Positions 39,223-49,091 of a stretch of 64,000 bases of DNA are shown one piece after another. This DNA is from Sandaracinaceae bacterium (GTDB lineage Bacteria > Myxococcota_A > Polyangia > Polyangiales > Sandaracinaceae), in NCBI GenBank assembly GCA_044220955.1, contig JBGAQA010000006.1, positions 1 through 64,000 on the forward strand, in the 5' to 3' direction. A program made the position numbers and the translations under genes. Positions within the stretch are counted from its first letter, which is position 1; every line of letters begins with the position of its first letter. The notes beneath the pieces were generated by a model. It had not been told where the DNA came from. It ran no database searches and worked only from the letters and a program-made list of their open reading frames with translations.

Positions 39223-40398
39223 TCAGAATCCCGCTCGCTGACGGTGCGCTTGCAACCCGACTGCTGACGGGCGATGGGCCGGCGCGGCGGGGAGGTCGAA
39301 CGGCGCAGCATGCAAAGCCTTGTACGACCCTTCCCGCAGTCTCGGGTGAAGCACGACGGTCCACGTGTCCGTGTCGATGGCGAGCAGTCCGCGGTCAAAC
39401 AGCGTGTGGAGGTCGGCCCGGAGCAGCATCCCGTTTGGTGCGTCGTCTCCCCCGTCCGAGGCAACGGCGACAATGTGCGCAGCCTCCAGTGCCTCGCGAC
39501 AGTCGCAGGCAGTGATCGGGCAACGGTTGTTGTAGATCTTGCCGAGCAGCGAACGAAAGGCCGGCTGCCCAGTTCGTTCGAAGATCGCTCGCAGCATTCG
39601 TTCCCGCGCGTCGGCCGCGTCAGCGGGGGCCTCCACATCGGCGGCAAGCGCATCGAGGTCGCGCTCGACCTCCTCCGCGAGGTGTTCCGCGCTCGTGGTC
39701 TTTCCGCGGAATCGGCCGAGTGCTTCGACATCGTCAGCCGCCCAGGACGCCGGCGGCGCGTACTTCATCGCGTACCAGACGAGGTCGTGCGCCTGAAGCC
39801 GGTTCACCTTCGTCCCCTGCGCGCTCGACGCTGCGGCCACCGCGTCGAGGAACGACAGGGCGTGCTCGTACGCAGCGAGCGGCTCGGCTCCCCCCGGGCC
39901 TGCCGGATAGCCAGCCAACCGGTACGCGGTTCGGTACGTGTAGTCCTTGTACGGTACCCGTGTTCGGGGATCCGTGGCCCCAGCAAGGGCCGCCACGAGG
40001 CTGAGCCGATAGCCAGGGCCTCGGTGGATCTCGCCCAGCGCCTGAAGAAGCGGATTCATCGATGCGGGCCAAGAAGCGTCAGGTGCCCACAGCGCGAGTA
40101 GAGCCGCCGACGCGCGTGCCGGATCCGCATCGATCCACTTCTTGAACAGATCGACCATCTGCCATGCGACTACCGTTCCGAGCCCGCCAGCTTTCGTGTC
40201 GGCGTGCGCGCGGAGCGCGAGGACGACCTGCTTCGCCCAGTCCGGCTTGCCGGCCACCAACGCGTCGCGCCCGAGCGCGAGCCGCGCGTACCCCCGAAGC
40301 TTCCACTCTTCCTCGTGGTCGCCGAACTCCTCCCGAAACCGCAGGCCCCAGTACGCGATCTCGTGGACGTTGTGTTCTCCGATCGGGAGCTTGGACAT
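39223..40398 (-). CDS. HNH endonuclease (C-terminal HNH_2) with an unrecognised helical N-terminal domain
   Basis: R.GQPAFR..L...Y..RCPIT...LEAAHI...NGMLLRADLHTLFDRGL; codon usage unlike the flanking genome. Confidence 0.9.
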   Translation of the reverse strand: MSKLPIGEHNVHEIAYWGLRFREEFGDHEEEWKLRGYARLALGRDALVAGKPDWAKQVVLALRAHADTKAGGLGTVVAWQMVDLFKKWIDADPARASAALLALWAPDASWPASMNPLLQALGEIHRGPGYRLSLVAALAGATDPRTRVPYKDYTYRTAYRLAGYPAGPGGAEPLAAYEHALSFLDAVAAASSAQGTKVNRLQAHDLVWYAMKYAPPASWAADDVEALGRFRGKTTSAEHLAEEVERDLDALAADVEAPADAADARERMLRAIFERTGQPAFRSLLGKIYNNRCPITACDCREALEAAHIVAVASDGGDDAPNGMLLRADLHTLFDRGLLAIDTDTWTVVLHPRLREGSYKALHAAPFDLPAAPAHRPSAVGLQAHRQRAGF

Positions 40399-40511
40399 CG
40401 CGCCACAATATCGTGCTTCGCGACCAACGAGAAGCAGGTCCGTGCCGCGAAAATGGGCCGATTCCGCCTATCAGATGAATCCGTGCCCAGATCGGTCCGC
40501 CGCGGCGTGGG

Positions 40512-41818
40512 TCAGTGCAGCACCGCGACGGGCGCGCGACGCGCCCGCGGCATTGCCCCGAACGCCCGCCGCGCGACCTCCGGCACCAGGGCGCCCGAGC
40601 GCATCTCGCTCATCCGGTCGAACACCCGGCGGTCGGCTCCGCGCTCCTCGCGCCACCTCCGCCGCAGCGTGCGGTGCTCCTCCGCGAGCTCGATCACCTT
40701 CGGGTGGTTCGCGACAACGACCAGCTCCTTCATTCCGACGGTCGACCTCTCGAAGTACGTCGCGAGGTCCCGTCGCATACGGCGCGCGAGCTCGACCTCG
40801 TCGTGGTCCTCGTGGGACTCGACCTTGCCTCGTCCTCCACCCGCGAGGACGCGAACGGTCAGCGGCAGCGCGATGGCCGCGTGGCACGCGTGACGGGTCG
40901 CGTCGTCGGTCTGCTTCGCCTCGGCCGCCGCGAGCGCCGCGTAGATCGCTCCGAGCGGGTCGAGCCCCACGAACCGCTCCGCGGCCTCGAGCGCCAGCCT
41001 GTATCGGCCGAGCGAGAGCAGGGCGGGCGCGCGGAGCTGGTCGGGCCAGTGGTCCGTCGGCGAGAGCGCGGTCATCTCCTCGGCGATGGCGAGCACGCGG
41101 GCGTGCTTGCCAAAAAAAACTCGTCGCTTCCGCGGTGCGGACGGCGTCCTCGCAGGATCTCCGCTGCGCGCGTGTAGTGCGCGACGGATGCCTCGCCCGC
41201 ACGACGTGCTCCCGCGTGGTCGCCGAGGCGAGCGTGTCCGTAGGCCCAGTCGGGGAACGCACGCACGAGGAGGCCGAGCAGCTCGTCGCTGGCGGCCGTG
41301 TCGTCCTCGCCCGCCAGCTCCTCGACGAGCTCGGACGCGAGCAGCGACGGCTGGGTCGCGCGACCGAGACGACCGAGCCCCGGTGCGCGCGCCGGTCTCG
41401 TGGAGTCGGCGCTAAGAAGCCCGTCGATCAGTGCACGGAGCGCACGGAGGTCGGGCGCGGAGTCGCTGATGAGCGTGCGCGCGTCCTTGTAGATCTCCGG
41501 GTCCACCGACGCGAGCGTGCCCGCGAGCGCCACGATCTCGTCCCGGAACGACGTCCCGACGCGCTTGGCCGAGTCCTCGCCCTCGGGGAGCTTCTCTGCG
41601 AGCGCGCGCACCCGACTTCGCAGCGCCTTCCAGTCGAAGCGCAGGTTGGGATGCGCGGCGCGGATCTGGTCGGGGATCCGCGGCCCTCGGAGGAAGTCGT
41701 CGGTCTCCGAGCGCGAATAGAACGTGTAGAGGATCTTCTGCTCGACGGCTCCACCGGCGGGCCGACGCACGCCGTGGACGATGAGCACCTGATCTCCGCG
41801 GGCACGAACGTAGGGCAT
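40512..41818 (-). pseudogene. Helical/TPR-like hypothetical gene split by a frameshift at a T8 tract (41112-41119)
   Basis: AGGAG RBS and ATG at 41818; frame reads ...SDEFF and continues in the -1 frame as GKHARVLAIAEEM... to 40512. Confidence 0.65.
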
Positions 41819-41973
41819 GGCGGCTCCTGGAGCCGATGTTGTGTCACATACGCAAGTGCAACACAACAGTTGCCGCATCGGAGGGGCAGCGGCAGGCTCG
41901 CGGTCGCAACGAGACGGGCGCGGCGACCGCGCCGACGTGACACTCTCTGCCCGAATCGCCGAGAACGAACCTC

Positions 41974-42986
41974 ATGAAAAGGCGACCGAAGAGAGCGTCC
42001 GCGAAGTCGAAGAAAGTCTCATCGCTGGTGAGACAAACGTCGGCGAGCAAGTCGGTGCCGCGCACGGCTGCGAGCGCGCTCGCCCTGACCGACGAGGCCC
42101 GGTTCGCCGAGGTCGTCGACCTGATCGAGGCGGCACGTGGGCGGGCGTACCAGGCGGTGAACTCGGAACTCGTCACGCTGTACTGGCAGCTCGGGGCGTA
42201 CCTCATCCGACGTTGGCACAGAGGGGGAAGATCGAGAGCGCGGAGTGGGGTGACGGCGTCGTCGAGGAGCTCGCGGCCGTCCTCGCGCGGCGCTACCCGG
42301 GTCTGCGTGGCTTCGCGCGCCCGAACCTGTTCCGAATGCGCCAGTTCTACGAGGCGTACCGCGGGAACGAGAAAGTCTCGGCGCTGCTGAGACAATTGCC
42401 CTGGACCCACCACCTCATCGTCCTGAGCCAGGCGAGGCCCGAGGCGACGCGCGAACTCTACCTCCTCGCCGCCATCAAGGAGCGGTGGACCTCCCGCGAG
42501 CTCGAGCGGCAGATCCGCTCCGGGGCCGTGCTCCGCGGCGTGCTCGCGACGAAGAAACTGTCGCCAGCGGTGACACGGATCCATCCCGAGGCCGAGGCCG
42601 AGCTGAAGAACGCCTACAGCCTCGAGTTCCTCGGCCTCGCCGCGGAGCACTCGGAGCGCGACCTCCACGCCGCGCTGCTCCAGAACCTCGGCCGCTTCAT
42701 CACCGAGCTCGGCCGTGACTTCTGCTTCGTCGGCTCCGAGTACCCGGTCCAGGTCGGCAACCGGGACTTCGCGATCGACCTCGTGTTCTTCCACCGCGGG
42801 CTCGCCTGCCTCGTCGCCATCGAGCTCAAGGTCGGCGAGTTCGAGCCCGAGCACCTGGGCAAGCTGAGCTTCTACGTCGAGGCGCTCGACCGCGACGTGA
42901 AGAAGGCGCACGAGCGCCCGTCGATCGGCGTGCTCCTCTGCGCGAGCAAGGATGCCGAGGTCGTGGAGTACGCGCTCACGGGGTGA
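41974..42986 (+). pseudogene. DUF1016 / YhcG PD-(D/E)xK nuclease family, frameshifted and C-terminally truncated
   Basis: AVNSELVTLYWQLG in one frame; WGDGVV...NLFRMRQFY, LPWTHH, IDLVFFHR, IELKVGEF in another; ends early at VEYALTG. Confidence 0.85.
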
Positions 42987-43038
42987 CCTCAACGCGAGCG
43001 ATCGATCCGCCCGCGGGGATGTTTGGGGTGGCTCGGGG

Positions 43039-43440
43039 CTACATCTTGCCGACCACCACTTCGGCGAGGGCATCGACGGCCGGGAGCCATCGCTCGGTGC
43101 CGTCCGCCGCGTTCGCCGTCTTCGTGCTGGTGAACACCCGTGCCGCGCGATCGTAGCGAAGCGAGACACTGCTTGCCTGGTTCACGTCGTGGTTCGGATA
43201 GACGACGAACTCGCAGTTCTTGCGGACGTAGGAGACCCAAACCAGCCCGTTCCCGGCTGATCGAGTTCGATGAAGGCCGAGCATCGGGCCCTCGTCCTTC
43301 ATCGCGCCCATCCCGACGGACCGAGCGAGCGCCTCGAGTTCGTTCAGCAGACCGACTGCCGCTTCGAGCTTCGCAGCCGCCTCAGCTTGGGGGTTCAGCT
43401 CTTCGATCGCATCGTTGAGCGTGTCGAGCGCCGTCTTCAT
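43039..43440 (-). CDS. Hypothetical protein
   Basis: 133 aa ORF with natural amino-acid composition (MKTALDTLNDAIEEL...). Confidence 0.55.
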   Translation of the reverse strand: MKTALDTLNDAIEELNPQAEAAAKLEAAVGLLNELEALARSVGMGAMKDEGPMLGLHRTRSAGNGLVWVSYVRKNCEFVVYPNHDVNQASSVSLRYDRAARVFTSTKTANAADGTERWLPAVDALAEVVVGKM

Positions 43441-43670
43441 TGGTCGAACCGTAACACCGTCTGCCCCTACTGGTATCCCGACGCCTGAGCCCGTCGTCGC
43501 TGGCGTCGGTGCGTCGCGTCGCAGAACACCGATTCTGCGACTTTCGTGGGCCTGTACCTGACGGCCCGACGTCGCGGAAGACGCGACGATGAAGAGCACG
43601 CCCACGCTACCCGACGACCAATGGCGATTGGTAGTATTCTGACGCGATCGCGTTGGGGAAAGGGATCGCG

Positions 43671-44579
43671 ATGATCAGACAAGTCCTTCGATTCTCGATT
43701 CTTGGCGCGCTCGGGACACTCGCGGCCTGCGGCTCCGATGCGGGCACGCCGCCGGCGCCATCGGCGGCGGCACCGGCACCGACCACCGCGTCAGCGTCCC
43801 CCTCACCATCTGAGGTCGTGGACGCGGGACCGCCCGAGCCGCCGTCCCCCGCCGATCTCGCGGGCGCTGCTCTCGAGCATCACGACTTCTCGGCGGTCTG
43901 CGGCTTCCTCGTCAGCGAGGGGTTCGCGCAGAACGTGTGCGACTGGATCGCGGCGACAGCGGCCGGTGAGCATCCGTCGCTCTCGTCGCGCCAGCTCGAG
44001 ACCTTCATGCGGGCGCAGCATGTGCGGCGCGTCTCGGGCACCATCGTGGGTGACATCGGCCCGAACGAGTACGAGACACGCATCAGCGGCCGCCTCGCGA
44101 TCCTCACGACGACGGAGACCACGTTCACCACGACCGGCCACTTCTCGATGTGGGCCCAGCAGAACGGCACCAGCGAGGAGGACCTCGCGAGCGGCCGCAC
44201 CGTCGATGTCCCCATCTACCGCGAGTGGCTGCTGTTCGACTCGATCACCGGGATCGCTCGCGGGTCCCGCGACGATGCCGCCGAGCGCGCACAGGACGTC
44301 CTCGAGGAGCTCCTCGCCATGTGGACGATCGACTACTGCCGCACCGACGACGAGACGGGCGACTGCTGGGTCGATCCCGCGAGCGTCGATGCGGGCGTGG
44401 CCGCGGAGGGCGTCGATGCGGGCTTGCCGCCGGTGTCTGCCGCGAGGCGCCGCGAGTGCCGCGAACTGATCTGCTTCAACTACGTCGAGTGCCATCGCGC
44501 CGGGCTCCCGGCGTACGAGTGCGCGCCCGACCTCACACCAGAGTGTCGGCGCTGCCGTGCTGAGGGCGCGGTGCGCTGA
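43671..44579 (+). CDS. Hypothetical lipoprotein with Cys-rich C-terminus
   Basis: Lipobox LAAC, Pro/Ala/Ser linker, RBS-like GGGA. Confidence 0.75.
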   Translation: MIRQVLRFSILGALGTLAACGSDAGTPPAPSAAAPAPTTASASPSPSEVVDAGPPEPPSPADLAGAALEHHDFSAVCGFLVSEGFAQNVCDWIAATAAGEHPSLSSRQLETFMRAQHVRRVSGTIVGDIGPNEYETRISGRLAILTTTETTFTTTGHFSMWAQQNGTSEEDLASGRTVDVPIYREWLLFDSITGIARGSRDDAAERAQDVLEELLAMWTIDYCRTDDETGDCWVDPASVDAGVAAEGVDAGLPPVSAARRRECRELICFNYVECHRAGLPAYECAPDLTPECRRCRAEGAVR

Positions 44580-44622
44580 GATCCGAGGGCGTCACGCCCT
44601 CTTTTGCCGCCACGAGGAGTCC

Positions 44623-45420
44623 ATGTCCCTGCTCATACATCGCTGTCCGTCGCGTGGTCCCGTGCAGTCTTGGCGGCGCTTCTGGTGCTTGGCGGTTGCG
44701 CCGGGCTCGACCGCGCGGAGGCGGCCCGTCTGATCCAGGACGAGCACTTCGGTGCCGACGACGACCGACGCTCTCGTTCCACGTCCGCCCGGCCACGGCC
44801 GCCGCGTGTGCGCAGCACATGATCGCGTGGGCGGATTCCGACGAAGCCTCGTGCCTCGGGCCGCTCGCTCAGGTCGGTGTCGTCACCGCCTGCGGCTACG
44901 CGGAGATCGAGGGAGGCACGACAGCGCCGTCGGCCTGGGCGGTCCCGAGGACGCCTTCGATCGTGAACCTCGAGCCCGCCGACTGCGGCGGCTCCTACAG
45001 CGACTTCCTCCAGGAAGGGCGCGAGCGATTTCCGAACGACAGCGCTCGCAGAGACGCCTTGGTCTTCGTAGCGACCTCGCCGCGACCGCGATGGACCAGG
45101 CGACGTGCGAGGAGTTCATGACGAGGAGTCGCGCCGCCACGGCGTCCGACCCTCGCGGACACCCGCGCACGTTCATGCGAGCGCGCATGCCAGGCGCCCG
45201 ACGCTTCGGCGAGGTGACCGGCATCGCTGACGGCGCGGACGGCGTGAAGAACGTGGACTTCACGTGGACGACCGACCCGCAACGGATCCCGAGGATCACG
45301 CTGGGCGGGTGCGCGCTCGAGACTGGTGAGTCGCCGACAGCGGCGCCACAGAACTCGCGCGCCACGTTCCGCGACTACGACGACGGCTGGCGTATCGACA
45401 GCGTCGCGTGGGACGACTGA
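44623..45420 (+). pseudogene. Lipoprotein gene broken by two or more frameshifts
   Basis: GAGGAG + ATG at 44623; LVLGG-C signal, middle part and C-terminal 'EVTGI...ATFRDYDDGWRI' fall in three different frames. Confidence 0.6.
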
Positions 45421-45540
45421 ACGCCGCGGGCGTTGGTCGTTGCCGAACGCCTTCGAGCGCGCCCATCCCGTGAGGACGGCCGGATGTGCGAGGGCGGGAT
45501 TTCTGGTCCCATCCGTCGCGATTTCGCCTCCGAAAACGAC

Positions 45541-45582
45541 GAATCCCGGGTGGCCAGGATCGCTCCTAACCACCCGGGATTC
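45541..45582 (-). terminator. Hairpin downstream of tRNA-Leu, probable terminator
   Basis: GAATCCCGGGTGG...CCACCCGGGATTC 13-bp stem, followed on the minus strand by GTCGTTTT. Confidence 0.7.
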
Positions 45583-45590
45583 CTCACCTA

Positions 45591-45674
45591 TGCGGAAGAG
45601 AGGACTTGAACCTCCACGCCCTTGCGAGCGCTGGAACCTGAATCCAGTGCGTCTGCCAGTTCCGCCACTTCCGC
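45591..45674 (-). tRNA. tRNA-Leu(CAG)
   Basis: GCGGAAG/CTTCCGC acceptor stem, TGGCAGAC D loop, CTGGA-TTCAGGT-TCCAG anticodon arm, long variable arm, GGTTCAAGTCC; CCA not encoded. Confidence 0.97.
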
Positions 45675-45874
45675 GCGGGATGCGGTAGGTACGCAATCGG
45701 GGCCGACGCGTCAAGCCGGAGCGCGGCTAGGAAAAGTCTGCGTACTCCGTGCAGAGGATGCGAGGAGCCGACCCCGCCCGTACCTCTTTCCCCGTGGTCG
45801 CCCCCGGTCCAGACCCCGGCAGATCGCTGGTTTCGAATGCGATCCGGCCGAGCGGTCTGCCGTAGGATGGCGGA

Positions 45875-46507
45875 ATGCGAATTGCACTCGTGCCGTCCAC
45901 CGTGCGTTCCGTCCGCCAGAGCCGCCGTCGTTTCGCGGGCTTCACCCTGCTGGAGCTGATGATCGTCGTCGCGATCATCGGGATCACGGCCGCGCTCGCG
46001 GCCCCCGCGATCATGAACGCCATGGCCATCTCGCGGGCCGATCGCGCCAACCACGACATGATCCGACTCGTCCGCCACGCGCGCTCTCAGTCGATGGCGT
46101 TCGGACGGACCTACCTGCTGCACATGGTGACGACGGGGAACGGTCGCGCCGAGCTCTGGCAGGGCACGACCTCGGTCTGCCGCATGGAGAACTGGGCGAC
46201 GATCATGGCGACGGGCCCCTGCGCTGCCCCCGCGGTGCCCGGAGGCAACTGCGTCGACTACGTGGACGCGACCATGTACGACTCGGGGGTCCACCAGGTG
46301 CGCTTCACGTCGGTCGGCTCGGTCGACCTCTGCTTCCAGCCCAACGGCGAGGCGGTCCAGCGCGCGTCGAGCAGCACCGGCGCCTTCACGCTCCCGGTCA
46401 CGGGCTTCGCGCAGATCAACACCGAGCGTCTCGAGGGCGGCAGCGCGATCCCGCCCAACCGCGGCGTGATCATCCCCGTCGGTGCCGCGCCGAGGGCGCT
46501 GCGATGA
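45875..46507 (+). CDS. Type IV minor pilin, FimU/FimT-like
   Basis: Prepilin motif G|FTLLELMIVVAIIGI; first gene of the cluster; start uncertain. Confidence 0.85.
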   Translation: MRIALVPSTVRSVRQSRRRFAGFTLLELMIVVAIIGITAALAAPAIMNAMAISRADRANHDMIRLVRHARSQSMAFGRTYLLHMVTTGNGRAELWQGTTSVCRMENWATIMATGPCAAPAVPGGNCVDYVDATMYDSGVHQVRFTSVGSVDLCFQPNGEAVQRASSSTGAFTLPVTGFAQINTERLEGGSAIPPNRGVIIPVGAAPRALR

Positions 46508-47121
46508 GCCGCCCGACGCGGGTCCCGGGCGCGAAGCGGCGCGCGCGCGCCGGCTACACGCTCATCGAAGTGATGATGGCGATCGCGATCATCACCGCGA
46601 GCTCCGTCGCGCTCGTGGGCCTTCAGGAGATCGTGGTGCGCGGCAACATGGACGCGCGCCAGATGACGACGGCCACGACGATCATCCGCACGACGCTGGA
46701 GCTCCTGCGCCTGGACGCGCTGAACTGGACGCAGTCGTACCCGTCCGCCGGGACCGTGATCTGGGGCGTCAACGCGCGCGGCTTCCTGCGCGACGTCCCG
46801 ACGGCGGCGGGCGCCGCCGCGCCGGCGTGGACGCCGTTCGGCACGACGATCGGGGCGCCCGAGCACGCGTACGACTACCAGGGCCGCGTCACCACCGTCG
46901 CGGCCGACATGTTCTACTGCGTCGAGACGCGCTACGCGTGGGTCTATCCCGGCCAGGCGCTGCGGGCCGACGTGCGCGTCTGGTGGGTCCGCCCCGGGCC
47001 ACTCGTCAACGCGGCCCTCTTCACGGGCTGCCCGACGCAGGGTTTGACGCTCAACACGGCGAACCTCCACTCCGCGCAGGGCACGACGGTGCTGCGCTAC
47101 ACGCCGCAGGGGCTGCCGTGA
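46504..47121 (+). CDS. pilV: Type IV minor pilin, PilV-like
   Basis: G|YTLIEVMMAIAII; ATGA overlap; position in the cluster. Confidence 0.75.
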   Translation: MSRPTRVPGAKRRARAGYTLIEVMMAIAIITASSVALVGLQEIVVRGNMDARQMTTATTIIRTTLELLRLDALNWTQSYPSAGTVIWGVNARGFLRDVPTAAGAAAPAWTPFGTTIGAPEHAYDYQGRVTTVAADMFYCVETRYAWVYPGQALRADVRVWWVRPGPLVNAALFTGCPTQGLTLNTANLHSAQGTTVLRYTPQGLP

Positions 47122-48362
47122 GCCGGCGCGCACGCAAGCCGGGGCGCTCGGCGCGCGCCCGCAAGAGGGCTGGCTTCACGCTGCTCGAGCTCATGGTCGC
47201 CCTCGCGATCGGCACGCTCGTCGTGGCGACGATGTACACGCTGAGCGGCGCCTCGGCGCGCGCGTTCCAGACGCAGCAGCGCATCAGCCAGCTGCAGCTC
47301 CAGACGCGCTTGGCGCTCGAGCGCGTGCGGCGCGACGTCGCGGCGGCCGGCTTCGGTGGCACCCCGGACTCGCAGCGCGAGCGCATCTGCGGCACGGCCG
47401 GGATCACCACGCGCCTGCTCGCCGTGCAGCTCACGGATCACGATCCGGCCGCGACCGGCGCGCTCGCCACGATGACGGGCGCCGCCGCCGCCGCGACCCA
47501 CGGCGACCGCCTCCGGCTGCTCGGGAACTTCGCCACCTCGGACACCTACCTGATCGCGAACACGGGCTCGGCGAACGGGTCGTCGATCCTGCTGCAGAGC
47601 AACTGGCAGGCGTTCCGTCGCACGTTCGCGGCCGATCCGCTCGGCACGACGGTGGACAGCTCGCTCTTCCAGCAGGTGTTCGCGACGGGCCGCGTGCTGC
47701 ACATCACGCACCCGCGCGGCTATCACTTCTTCACCGTCGTGCAGAGCTCGTCGGTGGACTCGGCCGGCCGCACGCCGAGCATCTCGGTCAGCCCGCCGCT
47801 GCCCTCGCTCGACGAGTGCAACTTCTCGCTCTGCGTGGGCTGCCAGGTGACGCCGCTGATGATGGTCGAGTACGGCATCGATACCGCGGCCAACGTGCTC
47901 GGCGCCGGCACGGGCCTGGTCGGCAACGACCCGCTCGTCACGGGGACCAACACGGTGCTCTACCGGCGAGAGCTCGATCCCGCGACGGGCACCCCGATCG
48001 CGGGGCAGACGGCGCGCGTCGTGCTCGAGTACGCCGTCGACTTCGAGGTGATGGCGATCTACGACCAGGCGCCGGTGGGGAACCCGCCACGCCTCTCGCC
48101 GCCCGTCGCGGCCATCCCCGTCGGGCTCGAGTCGCGCGTACGCGCGCTCACGGTGTCCATCGCGGGGCGGACGTCCGACATCGACCCCACCTATCCGTTC
48201 CCGTACGCGGGGATCCGCAACGCCACCATCAACCCGGTGACGGGCTTCGCCATCGATCCGCTGACGGCGTTCCCGGTGTTCAACGACCGTCCCGGCTCGG
48301 CGCGGGTCCGGACGGCGATGGCAGAGTTCGTGCTGGAGAACCTCGCGCTCCGAGGGCTGTGA
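47118..48362 (+). CDS. pilW: Type IV minor pilin, PilW-like
   Basis: G|FTLLELMVALAI, 'RRDVAAAGF'; GTGA overlap. Confidence 0.8.
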   Translation: MSRRARKPGRSARARKRAGFTLLELMVALAIGTLVVATMYTLSGASARAFQTQQRISQLQLQTRLALERVRRDVAAAGFGGTPDSQRERICGTAGITTRLLAVQLTDHDPAATGALATMTGAAAAATHGDRLRLLGNFATSDTYLIANTGSANGSSILLQSNWQAFRRTFAADPLGTTVDSSLFQQVFATGRVLHITHPRGYHFFTVVQSSSVDSAGRTPSISVSPPLPSLDECNFSLCVGCQVTPLMMVEYGIDTAANVLGAGTGLVGNDPLVTGTNTVLYRRELDPATGTPIAGQTARVVLEYAVDFEVMAIYDQAPVGNPPRLSPPVAAIPVGLESRVRALTVSIAGRTSDIDPTYPFPYAGIRNATINPVTGFAIDPLTAFPVFNDRPGSARVRTAMAEFVLENLALRGL

Positions 48363-48363
48363 C

Positions 48364-49065
48364 ATGTCGTCCAACCGCAAACACCCGACCCGCAGCTCTC
48401 GAGACCGCAGGCACGCCTCCCGGCGCGAGGGCGCCGTCATGCTCGTCGTGATGCTGGTGGTGCTGATGGTGACCGCGACGGGCATGTTCGCCGTGTACTC
48501 GACGACCTACGAGCTGCGCTCCGCCGGCACCTTCCGCCAGGCGATGCAGACGCAGTACGTCGCCGAGGGCGGCGTCTCGACCGGCATGGCGCTCATCGAC
48601 ACGATGGGCGCGGGCAGCATCGATCTCGCGATGCAGCGCGTGCCCGTCGCCGCGGGCCGGCAGTTCGCACGCGAGGAGCCGGCGTACGGCCAGTCGACGC
48701 CGCACTTCCGCGTGTACATGGCGGACTTCACCACGCTGCCGAGCGTCGTCGCGCAGCCCGTCGAGGGCAACGTCGCCGCGTCGGGTGGCTCGTCACTCGG
48801 CTCGGCGCTCGCGTACGGGCCCGACTTCCTGATCGACATGGACGACTCGTATCGCCCTGGTCGATCGATCGCGGGCATGAGCGTGACCGGCGACTCGCCG
48901 GTGTCCTATCGCGTCTGGACCATCACGTCGCGCGGGCGAACGCGTCCGCCGACGGGGCAGGACACCCTGACGCCGGGCGAGTCCGCGCTCGCGACGCAGC
49001 TCCAGCGCGGGAGCCACGAGACGGCGATGAACGCGCGCGCCGTCGTCTTGTCAGGGCCGATGTGA
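48364..49065 (+). CDS. pilX: Type IV minor pilin, PilX-like
   Basis: G|AVMLVVMLVV lacking Glu5, 'QYVAEGG', 'ITSRG'. Confidence 0.75.
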   Translation: MSSNRKHPTRSSRDRRHASRREGAVMLVVMLVVLMVTATGMFAVYSTTYELRSAGTFRQAMQTQYVAEGGVSTGMALIDTMGAGSIDLAMQRVPVAAGRQFAREEPAYGQSTPHFRVYMADFTTLPSVVAQPVEGNVAASGGSSLGSALAYGPDFLIDMDDSYRPGRSIAGMSVTGDSPVSYRVWTITSRGRTRPPTGQDTLTPGESALATQLQRGSHETAMNARAVVLSGPM

Positions 49066-49091
49066 AGCAGCCGTCTCGAGGAGGAGCCCCC

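Larger units (their letters stand above)
37946..45642. mobile_element. Genomic island integrated at tRNA-Leu(CAG), no integrase visible, partly decayed
   Basis: Bounded by the 35-bp direct repeat; cargo is nucleases, NUDIX, hypotheticals and frameshifted genes; locally less GC-rich. Confidence 0.85.

Noticed and set aside
37981..45590. Integrase, transposase or phage structural genes in the island
   Set aside because: No R-H-R-Y tyrosine recombinase, serine recombinase, DDE or virion motifs seen in the listed ORFs; short remnants cannot be excluded by eye
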